Shown: positions 14,561 to 23,165 of the stretch, piece by piece
Layout: the number at the start of each line of letters is the position of its first letter
How positions within the stretch are numbered: position 1 is the first letter of the stretch
The notes under the pieces: model-generated
Database searches by the model: none
Told to the model about the DNA's origin: nothing
Seen by the model: only the letters and a program-made list of their open reading frames with translations
Position numbers and translations under genes: made by a program
Origin: Saccharofermentans sp.
GTDB lineage: Bacteria > Bacillota > Clostridia > Saccharofermentanales > Saccharofermentanaceae
Reading direction: 5' to 3'
Length of the DNA: 24,000 nucleotides
Assembly (NCBI GenBank): GCA_024684815.1
Contig: JAIKWL010000051.1
Span: 43,339-67,338, forward strand

Positions 14561-15766
14561 TTACGCCTTTTCTTTCTTCCCAGCTCTTACCATCGTAAAG
14601 TAGATAATGCCTGCCACCAGATAAAGTACCATTGCGGTTACGATAATGACTGTATAATTGTTGCCGGTTTTGCTGAGTATTATCTCTGACAGATTATTGC
14701 CGGTGATGCCTGCTACGGCCCAGGCGGATAATGACAGACCGTGGATCTTGGAGATATTCTTCATTCCGAACCGTGACTCGAGCAATGCAGGCAAAGTCGA
14801 AAAGCCGCCGCCGTATCCTAAGTTGATCACCATAAGGAGCACGATGATAAAATAGCCGTTGCCCGCAAGCGCAGATAATCCGCAGAGCAACACGCACGAC
14901 AGGAATATGATCCCGTAAACCGTAGCTCTGTCCTTCATCTTGTCGGATACCGTCGAATAACCTATACGTCCCAGCGCGTTGCATACAGCCGTAACTGAAG
15001 GAACGATACTTACTATGGTTGCAAGGACAGCCAGTCCTGCAAACTTCTCATTGAGAAGCTGTTTCTCATATGTGATGAGCATAAGACCGCAGTGTATATT
15101 GATATAGAAGATCAGCCAGATACCGACGAAAGTCTTGTCCTTTAACATAGAAACGGCTTTGAAGCTGTTATTGACTGCCTTGTCCTCAACCCAGCCTTCA
15201 GGCTTTTTGAGCAGGAGATGACCGGCAAACATCATTACGAAGTATATGCATCCGAGTATGAGGAACATAGCCATGATACCGAGCTTATTCTGGATCAGTT
15301 CCATAACAGGTGTTGCAATAGCCTTTGCCAGACCGAATCCCATTATCGAGATGCCGGTCGCAAGACCTTTATTATCCTTAAACCACAGCATCAGTGTTTT
15401 TACGGGTGTCAGATATCCGATACCGAGGCCGATGCCCATGATGCATCCATAGAACAGATATATCAGGATAAGTGCCAAAGGACCCTGGAAAAATCTGATG
15501 GTCAATCCTGTACCAAGCATTCCCGTTGTAAAACAGACTGCAGATATCAGCGATGACCTGTGAATATTCTGCTCAACGATCTTGCCTGCAAAAGCAGCGG
15601 ACATTCCAAGAAAAAAGATTGCAAAACTGAAAGCCCAGCCGACGGAGAATGTGCTCATTCCGATGGCATTTGCGATGGATTCCTTGAACGTGCTCCAGCA
15701 ATAAACCGTACCGATCGAACAGTGAATCAACAATGCAGGAATAGCCGCTCTGGTCCATTTATTCAT
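14561..15766 (-). CDS. MFS transporter, oxalate/formate antiporter (OFA)-like family
   Basis: About 12 hydrophobic helices. The N-terminus MNKWTRAAIPALLIHCSIGTVYCWSTF is typical of OFA-type MFS proteins. The ORF-track start (GTG 15775) lies inside the SD GGAGAGGTG; the ATG at 15766 follows it by 6 nt. Confidence 0.8.
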   Translation of the reverse strand: MNKWTRAAIPALLIHCSIGTVYCWSTFKESIANAIGMSTFSVGWAFSFAIFFLGMSAAFAGKIVEQNIHRSSLISAVCFTTGMLGTGLTIRFFQGPLALILIYLFYGCIMGIGLGIGYLTPVKTLMLWFKDNKGLATGISIMGFGLAKAIATPVMELIQNKLGIMAMFLILGCIYFVMMFAGHLLLKKPEGWVEDKAVNNSFKAVSMLKDKTFVGIWLIFYINIHCGLMLITYEKQLLNEKFAGLAVLATIVSIVPSVTAVCNALGRIGYSTVSDKMKDRATVYGIIFLSCVLLCGLSALAGNGYFIIVLLMVINLGYGGGFSTLPALLESRFGMKNISKIHGLSLSAWAVAGITGNNLSEIILSKTGNNYTVIIVTAMVLYLVAGIIYFTMVRAGKKEKA

Positions 15767-15800
15767 AGCAATCACCTCTCCATGGGAATCATATGAATAA

Positions 15801-15809
15801 AGTTTACCA
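15801..15809 (-). promoter_or_regulatory. Candidate extended -10 element TGGTAAACT upstream of the MFS gene
   Basis: Read on the minus strand in the 69-nt GNAT-MFS gap. The hexamer matches TATAAT at 4 of 6 positions and the -35 is weak. Confidence 0.25.
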
Positions 15810-15844
15810 TTTATCAGGCTAAAGCAATTTGGACAAATTACTGA

Positions 15845-16294
15845 TTATTTCTTAACTCTCTTATAAAAACTAACATGGCGGTCAAGTTCATTAAATCCGT
15901 TCTTCTGATAGAACCTGAAGGAAGGCTTGTCGCTGTCAGTCTGAAGAAAGATACCGCAAAGACCCATATCACGGATATCATTTTCGATCATCCGCATAAA
16001 TCTCGAACCGATACCCTGTCCCTGAAGTTCGGGAGACACGCAGAACTCTTCAATGTTATAGTTTGTACCTTCCCACCAGTGTCTTATCATGCCGACGGAC
16101 ATCGCTGCGAGCTTTCCGTCGATCAGAAGGCCGTAATTTAAAGCGTTATAGCATCCTGATATCTCTTTTACGTATTCGTTTAACTGAACCGGATCGCTCC
16201 AGTCGTCATTCCAGGGCTCACCGCGAAATGCAGTCTTATAAAGCTCAGCCATCTCAGGAAGACGGCCAGCATCAAGTTTTATGAATTTTTCCAA
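15845..16294 (-). CDS. GNAT-family N-acetyltransferase
   Basis: 149 aa with a TTG start and GAGGAA 6 nt upstream. Acetyl-CoA-binding motif VSPELQGQGIGSRFM and a C-terminal FYQKNGF. Confidence 0.8.
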   Translation of the reverse strand: MEKFIKLDAGRLPEMAELYKTAFRGEPWNDDWSDPVQLNEYVKEISGCYNALNYGLLIDGKLAAMSVGMIRHWWEGTNYNIEEFCVSPELQGQGIGSRFMRMIENDIRDMGLCGIFLQTDSDKPSFRFYQKNGFNELDRHVSFYKRVKK

Positions 16295-16307
16295 TGATCA
16301 TTCCTCT

Positions 16308-16922
16308 TTATTTGTAATCGTCGACGTCAAATTTCCTGTCACGGAAATAAAAGTCCCTGTCTTCTTCAGTTATCTCTCTTACCGGACGGCACGGATTGCC
16401 GTATGCGAGCATGTTGTCGGGAATGTCCTTGGTAACTACGCTTCCGCCGCCTATTACGACATTATTTCCGATCGTCACACCGGGACATATCAGAACGTTG
16501 CCGCCAATCCATACATTATCACCGATCGTGATATCGATACCGTACTCGTAACCGGAATTACGTGTTTCCGGATGCAGCGGATGCCCTGCGGTGCAGATCT
16601 GCACGTTAGGACCGCACATAAAACTGTCGCCTATCTTTACCTTGCCGACATCCAGTACTATAAAATTATAGTTGGCAAAGAAATCTGTTCCGACTTCGAT
16701 GTTGTAGCCGTAGTCGCAGTGGAAAGGAGATTCGATATTAAGATATCCTTCTTTGGTCTTGCCTAAGATCTCACGAAGAAGAGCTGTTCTCTTCTCCTGT
16801 TCATCCGGCGGAAGATTATTGTATTCATAGAGTTTCTTCTTGCATGCCATACGCTCCTCGCTTAATCCGTCAAGCCATGATCTGTATGGAAGATTAGCAA
16901 GCATTCTCTCTTTCTGGTTCAT
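16308..16922 (-). CDS. maa: Maltose/galactoside O-acetyltransferase (hexapeptide-repeat, Maa/LacA family)
   Basis: Aligns end to end with E. coli Maa as recalled: CDYGYNI, FFAN, LDV..I.IGD, H.....RNSG.E.G..ITIGDNVWIGG, PGVTIG.NVV, VVTKD.PDN, GNP. The ORF-track GTG (16931) lies inside the SD GAGGTGG; the ATG at 16922 follows it by 5 nt. Confidence 0.9.
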   Translation of the reverse strand: MNQKERMLANLPYRSWLDGLSEERMACKKKLYEYNNLPPDEQEKRTALLREILGKTKEGYLNIESPFHCDYGYNIEVGTDFFANYNFIVLDVGKVKIGDSFMCGPNVQICTAGHPLHPETRNSGYEYGIDITIGDNVWIGGNVLICPGVTIGNNVVIGGGSVVTKDIPDNMLAYGNPCRPVREITEEDRDFYFRDRKFDVDDYK

Positions 16923-16946
16923 AGATACCACCTCACATAAAGATGA

Positions 16947-19900
16947 TCAGGTCTCTTCAATGAATCCCTGTTTCGGTACAAGCCTGAGCTCGAATGTCTC
17001 TCTGTACTTAACGTCCTTCTTTACCGGCTGTGAAGTGATATTATCCTTTGTTCTCTCGATCTCTTTTGAAGCAAAATCACAGAAGAATTCACAGAAATCA
17101 TTATTCATGAGCTGCTCTTCATGCAGGAATTCATTCATCTGCTCAGGTGTATAAGGAAGGACCGTGAAATCAAACTTCGGATTATTGCCGACTCTCCTGA
17201 TCTCCACGGAATCTCCGTCACCGTTGGTGATCCTGACGATCTGCGTATCGGTATGCGAGGAATTCTCCGCAGGCCTTGCATAAGGATGATATATCTTTCC
17301 CGCCCCGGCAGAATAGACACCTAACCTTGCAGCATTCTTACGGTCAACATATGATTCGCCCGGACCTCTGCCGTACCATGAGCATACGCAGTCATTTTTA
17401 ACGATAGGGAATCTGATACCGTATCTGACCATGTCATACTTCGGTTTGAATTCAAGTGTTACTCTAAGGATATCAGCCTGAGGGACCTCATAGAACAATA
17501 TGACTTCACCGCTCATGGCAAATGACTTATATCTTGAGATCATTGTGAATTCTCCGTCTCTTGTGCTGTATTCGGATCCTATGAATCTGATCGAATTCTG
17601 GATCTGCTCATAGTCACTTTCCTTGGAGAAGACAGTCCTTGCAAGAAGGAAGCTTCTGTCGGTTCTGTCGATATTTGAAGGGCAACGGTAAAAGCTCGGG
17701 GCAAGAGGTCCCTTAAGGAAGTTGTAGCCTGCTATCTCAAGGCTTTCAAGGCTTCCGGGTTCTCTCGAAAAACCGATCCTGAGATTTCCCTTTCCGACAT
17801 ATAATCCGTGAGGAACAGTGCTCACGGTGTTATGCGTGATGACATCAACGATCTTCTCTTCAACAGGAGCATTTCCGTCGATGAGCACTTCTTCAGGATT
17901 TGCTATTACCGAGTCTTCGCTCATACGCTCAACTCTTCCCGAATCTTCCTCCGTAAGAAGAGACTGGTCTTCGATCGGCAGTCCCAGATCACTGTCTATA
18001 CCTGTATCAAGACCTGTGTTATCAGATACGTGTGCTTTGCCGGAGCCGAGCTGCGCAACAGGAGTCTCATTTTTCGAGCCTGATCCAAGACCGGCAACAG
18101 GCTCAGTTACTTCACCTACAGGACTTGCGATCTTATCCGTGAGGACATCCTGATAGAACGCAACCTCATATCCTGCCTGGGCATAATAAGTATCCTTGTG
18201 GAGCTTTAATGTGATATCGAAAACAAGTTCTTTGGAAAGAGCATTCATGTACATCTCGATGAATTCGGCTTTTCCCTGAGCCCAGCCCGGTGTTGTAAAT
18301 ACTTCCGTGGCAAACGGGAACTTCAGAGTCCTTGAGCCGAAGGGTTCGATCTCAGGAATGATGCCTCTTCCCGACATTATTGCTCTGCCGCCCAAAAGTA
18401 TCTTCCACTCAAGATCAAGCTCTTCGGTATAACCGAACTGATTGGAGTTGCGCATCGTAAGATTTGCCGGATCTCCTGCATTTGAAAAGATCGCTATCGA
18501 CTGGCACTGCTTCTTGATATCAAGATAGATTGGATGAGGATTACGCTCTGAATCGACAATACCCTGGCCTATACATGAGTTCTCCTTCTGCTTTCCTCCG
18601 ACAAGGTCAGCGTGATGGATCCACTTGTAAAGTGTCTCATCATCTGTAAATCTTGTTCTTCCGGGAATCGTCTCGAAAAGATTCCTTCCCGTCTTGTTAA
18701 GTCCGAATATCTTCTTTCTGTCAAGGCAAAGATCTTCCCAAGGTCCGAATACCGCACCCGCATCACTGGGCATGGGCTTCATATCGGATATCTTGCCCTG
18801 GACTCTTGCCTTCTTGCCTTTACCGTCAGTTACTCTCGTAACTTCGCAGTACCACGGCCTGGTATCGTCAATAAGAGTACACTCATGCTTGACTCTTTGT
18901 GCAACCTCGGGATTGAAGTTATACTTCTGGATTCCCCACATAACAACAGAGGGATGGTTCATGCAGGCTTCAACGTAATCTCTCATGTAGAAGTCTGCAG
19001 CAGTTGCGATAACATACATACCATACTGGTCGCAGAGATTCAGGAACTCATCAGATAAAGGCATTCCGTCAGCTATAACACCGTTTATGCCGGCACGTTT
19101 CATAAGGATGATGTCCTGGCGCATACGGTCCTGCGGAACTGCAATACCGCCCTGGGGATCGAACTCATAGTATTTAACGAGCATAAGATTTACCCGGCGG
19201 TCATTAACATTGAGCTTGTCCTGAACGATCTCGGTAGTCCTGAATCCGAATCTCTTCTTCTTCGCGCAGATGACTTTTCCTTCCGAATCCATCACCTCGA
19301 AAACGATGTCGTACTGAACAGGCGTGCAGTCAGACCATTGAGCAACATCCAAAGCTACAAAGTCCGTGCTTGCTCTTGTCTCCTTCAACGCATCGACAAC
19401 GCCCACTACAGGCTCACTCTGCCCCTTGATGTTGACAAACGGGAGTTTATAAGGATCGTATTCAGCCCTGGCCTCAAGAAGCGATATGCGGACAGAATAA
19501 GGGATCATGTAATTTGTATGATTACGCATTGCGAAATCGACTTTGATCATAAAGTCGCCGTGAGGGACGCGGGATACATTCTCACGCACTGCAAGAGCAT
19601 CCATTTTCGCGACTTCCGAAATATAAGCCGAAGGCACATATTCAAGCTTGATATGAAGATTGGAAAGTTCGAGCAAAGAATCTTCCACGATCATGACAGG
19701 TCTGAAGATACCTGAAAAACCGTAGTTCATCATGTCGAGAATGATATGACCGTTGTCATCTCTGTCATATCTGTTGACGATGATCGTTATCTGGTTAACT
19801 CCGGCTTTAACAAGACCTGAGATAAGAAGACGCTTTCTGGTAAACAGTGCATGTGAATTGCATAAGAGCTTGTCATTTATGAAGACCTTGAAACTTCCGC

Positions 19901-20342
19901 AGATACCTGAGGCCTCAAGATAAAGCGCTCTCTCGATCTCTTCGGGCTTAAAAACAACGGTCGTCCTGTAAATGCCTACTTCGTCATCGTCAGAACCGGC
20001 AGACTTGAGCACATACTTGTCACTTATCGTTTCCTCTTTGCGTGCTGCGTTCTCAAGAAGTCTTATAGGGTAATCGTAGATAAGGTTCTGCGGAAGACCG
20101 AAGCCTTCTGTCTGCCATGTTGAAGGGCAGTTAATGAGCGGCCATTCGGAATCATCGAAGGATGTGTTCATAACACCGAACGGAACTTCAGACTGTCCAT
20201 TGGCAAGATAGAACTTCCAGGTGTTAAGAGCCTTCACATAAGGAGATGCGACTTTGCCGAACTCCGGCATCTCGCGCTCGCTGAAAATATAGTCAAAAGA
20301 ATCATAAGGCAAAAAGCCGTCATTCGAATATGTAAATTCCAA
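16947..20342 (-). CDS. Glycoside hydrolase family 2 (LacZ-like) protein with degenerate catalytic motifs
   Basis: 1131 aa with a TTG start (AAAGGGGG 8 nt upstream) and no signal peptide. It is collinear with E. coli LacZ. N-terminal sugar-binding region: CPSTWQTEGFG, YDYPI, FSGIFRPV. TIM-barrel remnants: DIILMKRAGINGV, LCDQYGMYVI, NHPSVVMW, ERNPHP. Domain-5-like C-terminus: FYRCPSNIDR, WYGRGPGESYVDR, HPYARPAENS. See the findings for the lost catalytic residues. Confidence 0.75.
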   Translation of the reverse strand: MEFTYSNDGFLPYDSFDYIFSEREMPEFGKVASPYVKALNTWKFYLANGQSEVPFGVMNTSFDDSEWPLINCPSTWQTEGFGLPQNLIYDYPIRLLENAARKEETISDKYVLKSAGSDDDEVGIYRTTVVFKPEEIERALYLEASGICGSFKVFINDKLLCNSHALFTRKRLLISGLVKAGVNQITIIVNRYDRDDNGHIILDMMNYGFSGIFRPVMIVEDSLLELSNLHIKLEYVPSAYISEVAKMDALAVRENVSRVPHGDFMIKVDFAMRNHTNYMIPYSVRISLLEARAEYDPYKLPFVNIKGQSEPVVGVVDALKETRASTDFVALDVAQWSDCTPVQYDIVFEVMDSEGKVICAKKKRFGFRTTEIVQDKLNVNDRRVNLMLVKYYEFDPQGGIAVPQDRMRQDIILMKRAGINGVIADGMPLSDEFLNLCDQYGMYVIATAADFYMRDYVEACMNHPSVVMWGIQKYNFNPEVAQRVKHECTLIDDTRPWYCEVTRVTDGKGKKARVQGKISDMKPMPSDAGAVFGPWEDLCLDRKKIFGLNKTGRNLFETIPGRTRFTDDETLYKWIHHADLVGGKQKENSCIGQGIVDSERNPHPIYLDIKKQCQSIAIFSNAGDPANLTMRNSNQFGYTEELDLEWKILLGGRAIMSGRGIIPEIEPFGSRTLKFPFATEVFTTPGWAQGKAEFIEMYMNALSKELVFDITLKLHKDTYYAQAGYEVAFYQDVLTDKIASPVGEVTEPVAGLGSGSKNETPVAQLGSGKAHVSDNTGLDTGIDSDLGLPIEDQSLLTEEDSGRVERMSEDSVIANPEEVLIDGNAPVEEKIVDVITHNTVSTVPHGLYVGKGNLRIGFSREPGSLESLEIAGYNFLKGPLAPSFYRCPSNIDRTDRSFLLARTVFSKESDYEQIQNSIRFIGSEYSTRDGEFTMISRYKSFAMSGEVILFYEVPQADILRVTLEFKPKYDMVRYGIRFPIVKNDCVCSWYGRGPGESYVDRKNAARLGVYSAGAGKIYHPYARPAENSSHTDTQIVRITNGDGDSVEIRRVGNNPKFDFTVLPYTPEQMNEFLHEEQLMNNDFCEFFCDFASKEIERTKDNITSQPVKKDVKYRETFELRLVPKQGFIEET

Positions 20343-20386
20343 GACATGTACCCCCTTTAGAGTTTGTCCGATAATACTCTAGTTTG

Positions 20387-20395
20387 ATTTTATCA
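20387..20395 (-). promoter_or_regulatory. Candidate extended -10 element TGATAAAAT upstream of the GH2 gene
   Basis: The minus strand reads TTGTCTttattttaaaaTGATAAAATcaaac, ~45 nt upstream of the TTG start. The TTGTCT is only 14 nt away, so the call rests on the TGn motif. Confidence 0.3.
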
Positions 20396-20477
20396 TTTTA
20401 AAATAAAGACAAAGTTTCAGGAGCGTTACAAAAAAGAAGTAATTCTGTGGTAAAACTACGGTTTTTCAGGTCAGGGA

Positions 20478-21623
20478 TCAGTACTTTATCCCGCCGACAT
20501 ACCATTTGCCGTCAATCTTAACAAAATAGACGTGTGCATCAGTGGGAAGCACCTCAGGCTCGTCAGAACCCCAGTACATCTCCATCCACTGCTCTACAAA
20601 GACTTCCATGTACACGACATCTTCGGAATAAACGATACAGTCACGAATCTCCTCATTATGGATCGAAACGTTTCCGTGCTTGGTATAAACAGACCTTGAA
20701 TTCTTAATGTAACTCAGGGTTTTGCTCTTGCTCGGAAAATATTTGTCGAGCGCATTTTCCTTCGTGTCGCACGATACAAAATTGGCAAAAGTCGAAGCAA
20801 AAGAGATCGCGAATTCCGACAACTCATCGTATTCATCAAAATCTTTAACAAAACCGACAGAATACGAACCGGTATTCTCATCATAAACACAATCGCATGA
20901 ATTGCCCCTGAAATCTTTTGCAGTTACTTCAGGCTCTTTATATAAGCCTTTGACCAGATAACTTGCAGTTCCCGGAACAGTTGCATACGGTTCCACGTAT
21001 TGATTTAATTCAGATTCAATCACCGGTTCCGAATACTCTTTTTTCGTAAGCTCGATCCCGTTGACATAGATTCGGAAAGTCTCAGGCGCGGTTATTTTCG
21101 CTTCATAGACAGGATCGGTATAAAACTCCAGTGAGCCCTCTTTCCACGACTTGAATCCGTATGGAAGATTAGATATTTTTTCTTCCGCAAGACCAACCCT
21201 GGCAACGATCAGGCCGTCATCTGTTTTTATATAATATTCGGGCGCGCTTTCAGTCGAATTCTCGGTCTCGGAATAGATGAAGCTTTTTTCAACGATAAGC
21301 GATCTCACATAATCCTCTATGACCGATTCATCCTCAAAAGCGCTTATCTGCGGCTTTTGCGTCATGTTTTCCAGAATATAGCCGACATCATGTTCATTGA
21401 ACCGCTGTGTGATCAGTTCAGCCGTATGATAAGGAAGCGAGTCCTGATACTGTGATTCGTATTTTCCTGCAAAATCATTGAACCTTAAAAGGAACCATGC
21501 AATGATTCCTGTGATAACAACAAGCCAGCAAACTAAAAAGACGAGGAAGAAATTAAGCTTTCCCTTCCCGCCTTTTTTCTCAGTGTTTTTATCTATATCC
21601 GGTTTGTTTCCTGAAGATCTCAT
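20478..21623 (-). CDS. Membrane-anchored protein of unknown function (N-terminal TM, large extracytoplasmic domain)
   Basis: 381 aa. A basic N-terminus is followed by one TM helix (LNFFLVFLVCWLVVITGIIAWFLL). The ATG immediately follows the upstream stop (TAAATG). I recognise no motif. Confidence 0.6.
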   Translation of the reverse strand: MRSSGNKPDIDKNTEKKGGKGKLNFFLVFLVCWLVVITGIIAWFLLRFNDFAGKYESQYQDSLPYHTAELITQRFNEHDVGYILENMTQKPQISAFEDESVIEDYVRSLIVEKSFIYSETENSTESAPEYYIKTDDGLIVARVGLAEEKISNLPYGFKSWKEGSLEFYTDPVYEAKITAPETFRIYVNGIELTKKEYSEPVIESELNQYVEPYATVPGTASYLVKGLYKEPEVTAKDFRGNSCDCVYDENTGSYSVGFVKDFDEYDELSEFAISFASTFANFVSCDTKENALDKYFPSKSKTLSYIKNSRSVYTKHGNVSIHNEEIRDCIVYSEDVVYMEVFVEQWMEMYWGSDEPEVLPTDAHVYFVKIDGKWYVGGIKY

Positions 21624-23165
21624 TTATGTCACCGGTGACTGTTCATCAGCAGAAGAATCGCTGTTCTGCGGCAATATAATGAACGCTGAAGGCATCTGGC
21701 GTGATACTCTTACAGATGAGCTTGATACGAGTTCATCATCGTAAAGCCACATTGCAGATGACATTCCGCCGTCAAGATTAGCAGCGTTGACTGCTCCGAA
21801 GTCCTGCATAACCTTGATCAGGTCAGCCATCGTGGCTCCCATCGAGGATGTCTTTCTTCCTTCAATAACAAGGAACAGCATTGCTCCGTCTTCTCTCTGC
21901 CCTATTGCCGTTCTCGGATTAAGACCGCTTCCGGACCCGCTGTAATCAGCCGCAACGCCGTTTACTATGAGCGCGGGGCCAAAGGATACTGCGTCTCTGA
22001 CTCCGATATCCAGCGCATGCTGAGCAGTCATTGTACCAACTACGAGCACGTTATCTTCAGTCATTCCGTAAACTTCATAAGTTCCGCCGGGGCTGCCCAT
22101 CCGCAGCTTTCCTTCGGAGATAACGATTCCTTCAGGCCATCCGCCTATACCCATGCCGTTAGCATCTTCATACTTTCCGCCGTTGATACCGCCGACACCG
22201 TCATACTTATCGATCAGCTCCTTAAGGGTAAGACCTGCTCCGTTATGGTTGTAGTTATCAATAGTCGCAACCATGACCCTTGAAGGATCATAGATAACGA
22301 GCATCTTTCCGTGATACATCGGACCTGATACATCATGCACTTCGATTCCGTCGCCGTCCGGATCGAGCTCGTTTACTGCAGAGGTTCCGGCATTCGCTTT
22401 TTTATTTTGTTCAGCTGCCATAGCATTAACGAGAGTAATATCCGTGATCTCATCAAACGCTTTGGTCTGATTGCTGTTCATTATCTCTTCTATCTCTTCA
22501 TCGGTAAGGATCCACTTGGCAAGGATACCGCCGGCAGAAGACTCCATGACCGAAGGAACGAACTGGTCTCTTAAATGCGGAGAAGGCCCCTTCATAATTA
22601 TCCCGAGGAAAGTGTAAAAACCTGCAAGAACGATCACAAGAGTGCATACAACTGTTGTAAGGATCCTTCCAAGACAGACAAGAGTAAACCTTACAGCCTT
22701 TTTGGCAAATACCCTGTTCTGCTCTCTTTTAAGCTCTGCTTCAGCTCTTTGACGCTCTCTTTGCTCGATCTGTTCGGATACAATATCCCTTCCTGCTTTT
22801 GCAGCAGCAGGCTCGGCCTTCTTGATCGGCCTTTGCGCAGGTCTTGATGCCTGAGGTCTTGTGCTTCTGGGAGAAGGGTTTTTAACTATCTCGATCTTAT
22901 GATCATCGGATTCTGTCCATGCATCAGGTCTTGTTATTTCATATCCCGTAGTGCGGTCGTCAGCAACACGTCCGCTCCCTGCAAGAACCTTGGGTCTTGC
23001 GGTTATCTCGATCCTGCGCTGATCCGATATCTCGACCATACGGTCTATCACAGCCATGCATTCTTCTTTGGACATGCCCTTCATGCGGACCATCAGTTCT
23101 TTCCGCTTTTCGGGGGCAAGACCTTTTACGATCTCCTGGAATCTGGCAATTCTGTCGGGCTCCAT
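21624..23165 (-). CDS. Bitopic phosphodiester glycosidase (DUF2233/NAGPA-like) family protein
   Basis: A C-terminal block typical of the family: NPRTAIGQREDGAMLFLVIEGRKTSSMGATMADLIKVMQDFGAVNAANLDGGMSSAMW. It has a central TM helix (FTLVCLGRILTTVVCTLVIVLAGFYTFLGII) and a charged ~165-aa N-terminal region. The ORF-track GTG (23171) lies inside GAGGTG, so the ATG at 23165 is preferred. Confidence 0.75.
   Translation of the reverse strand: MEPDRIARFQEIVKGLAPEKRKELMVRMKGMSKEECMAVIDRMVEISDQRRIEITARPKVLAGSGRVADDRTTGYEITRPDAWTESDDHKIEIVKNPSPRSTRPQASRPAQRPIKKAEPAAAKAGRDIVSEQIEQRERQRAEAELKREQNRVFAKKAVRFTLVCLGRILTTVVCTLVIVLAGFYTFLGIIMKGPSPHLRDQFVPSVMESSAGGILAKWILTDEEIEEIMNSNQTKAFDEITDITLVNAMAAEQNKKANAGTSAVNELDPDGDGIEVHDVSGPMYHGKMLVIYDPSRVMVATIDNYNHNGAGLTLKELIDKYDGVGGINGGKYEDANGMGIGGWPEGIVISEGKLRMGSPGGTYEVYGMTEDNVLVVGTMTAQHALDIGVRDAVSFGPALIVNGVAADYSGSGSGLNPRTAIGQREDGAMLFLVIEGRKTSSMGATMADLIKVMQDFGAVNAANLDGGMSSAMWLYDDELVSSSSVRVSRQMPSAFIILPQNSDSSADEQSPVT

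Noticed and set aside
16281-16766. 161-aa plus-strand ORF
   Set aside because: It is antisense to the Maa/LacA-type acetyltransferase, which aligns end to end with E. coli Maa, so this is a shadow ORF.
17808-19715. Several plus-strand ORFs of 65-148 aa (for example 18612-19058 and 19338-19715) and small minus-strand out-of-frame ORFs
   Set aside because: All are embedded in the 1131-aa GH2-like gene, which is collinear with LacZ. None has independent support.
20358-20381. TAGAGT-N12-ACTCTA inverted repeat just downstream of the candidate GH2 promoter, considered as an operator
   Set aside because: The arms are only 6 bp with a 12-nt spacer and are not extendable, so chance occurrence in an AT-rich region is likely.
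20343-20477. 135-nt gap checked for a terminator after the 381-aa gene and for small ORFs
   Set aside because: Only a 5-bp A/U stem (AAAAC-CGUA-GUUUU) and a 5-codon ORF without an SD were found; neither is convincing.
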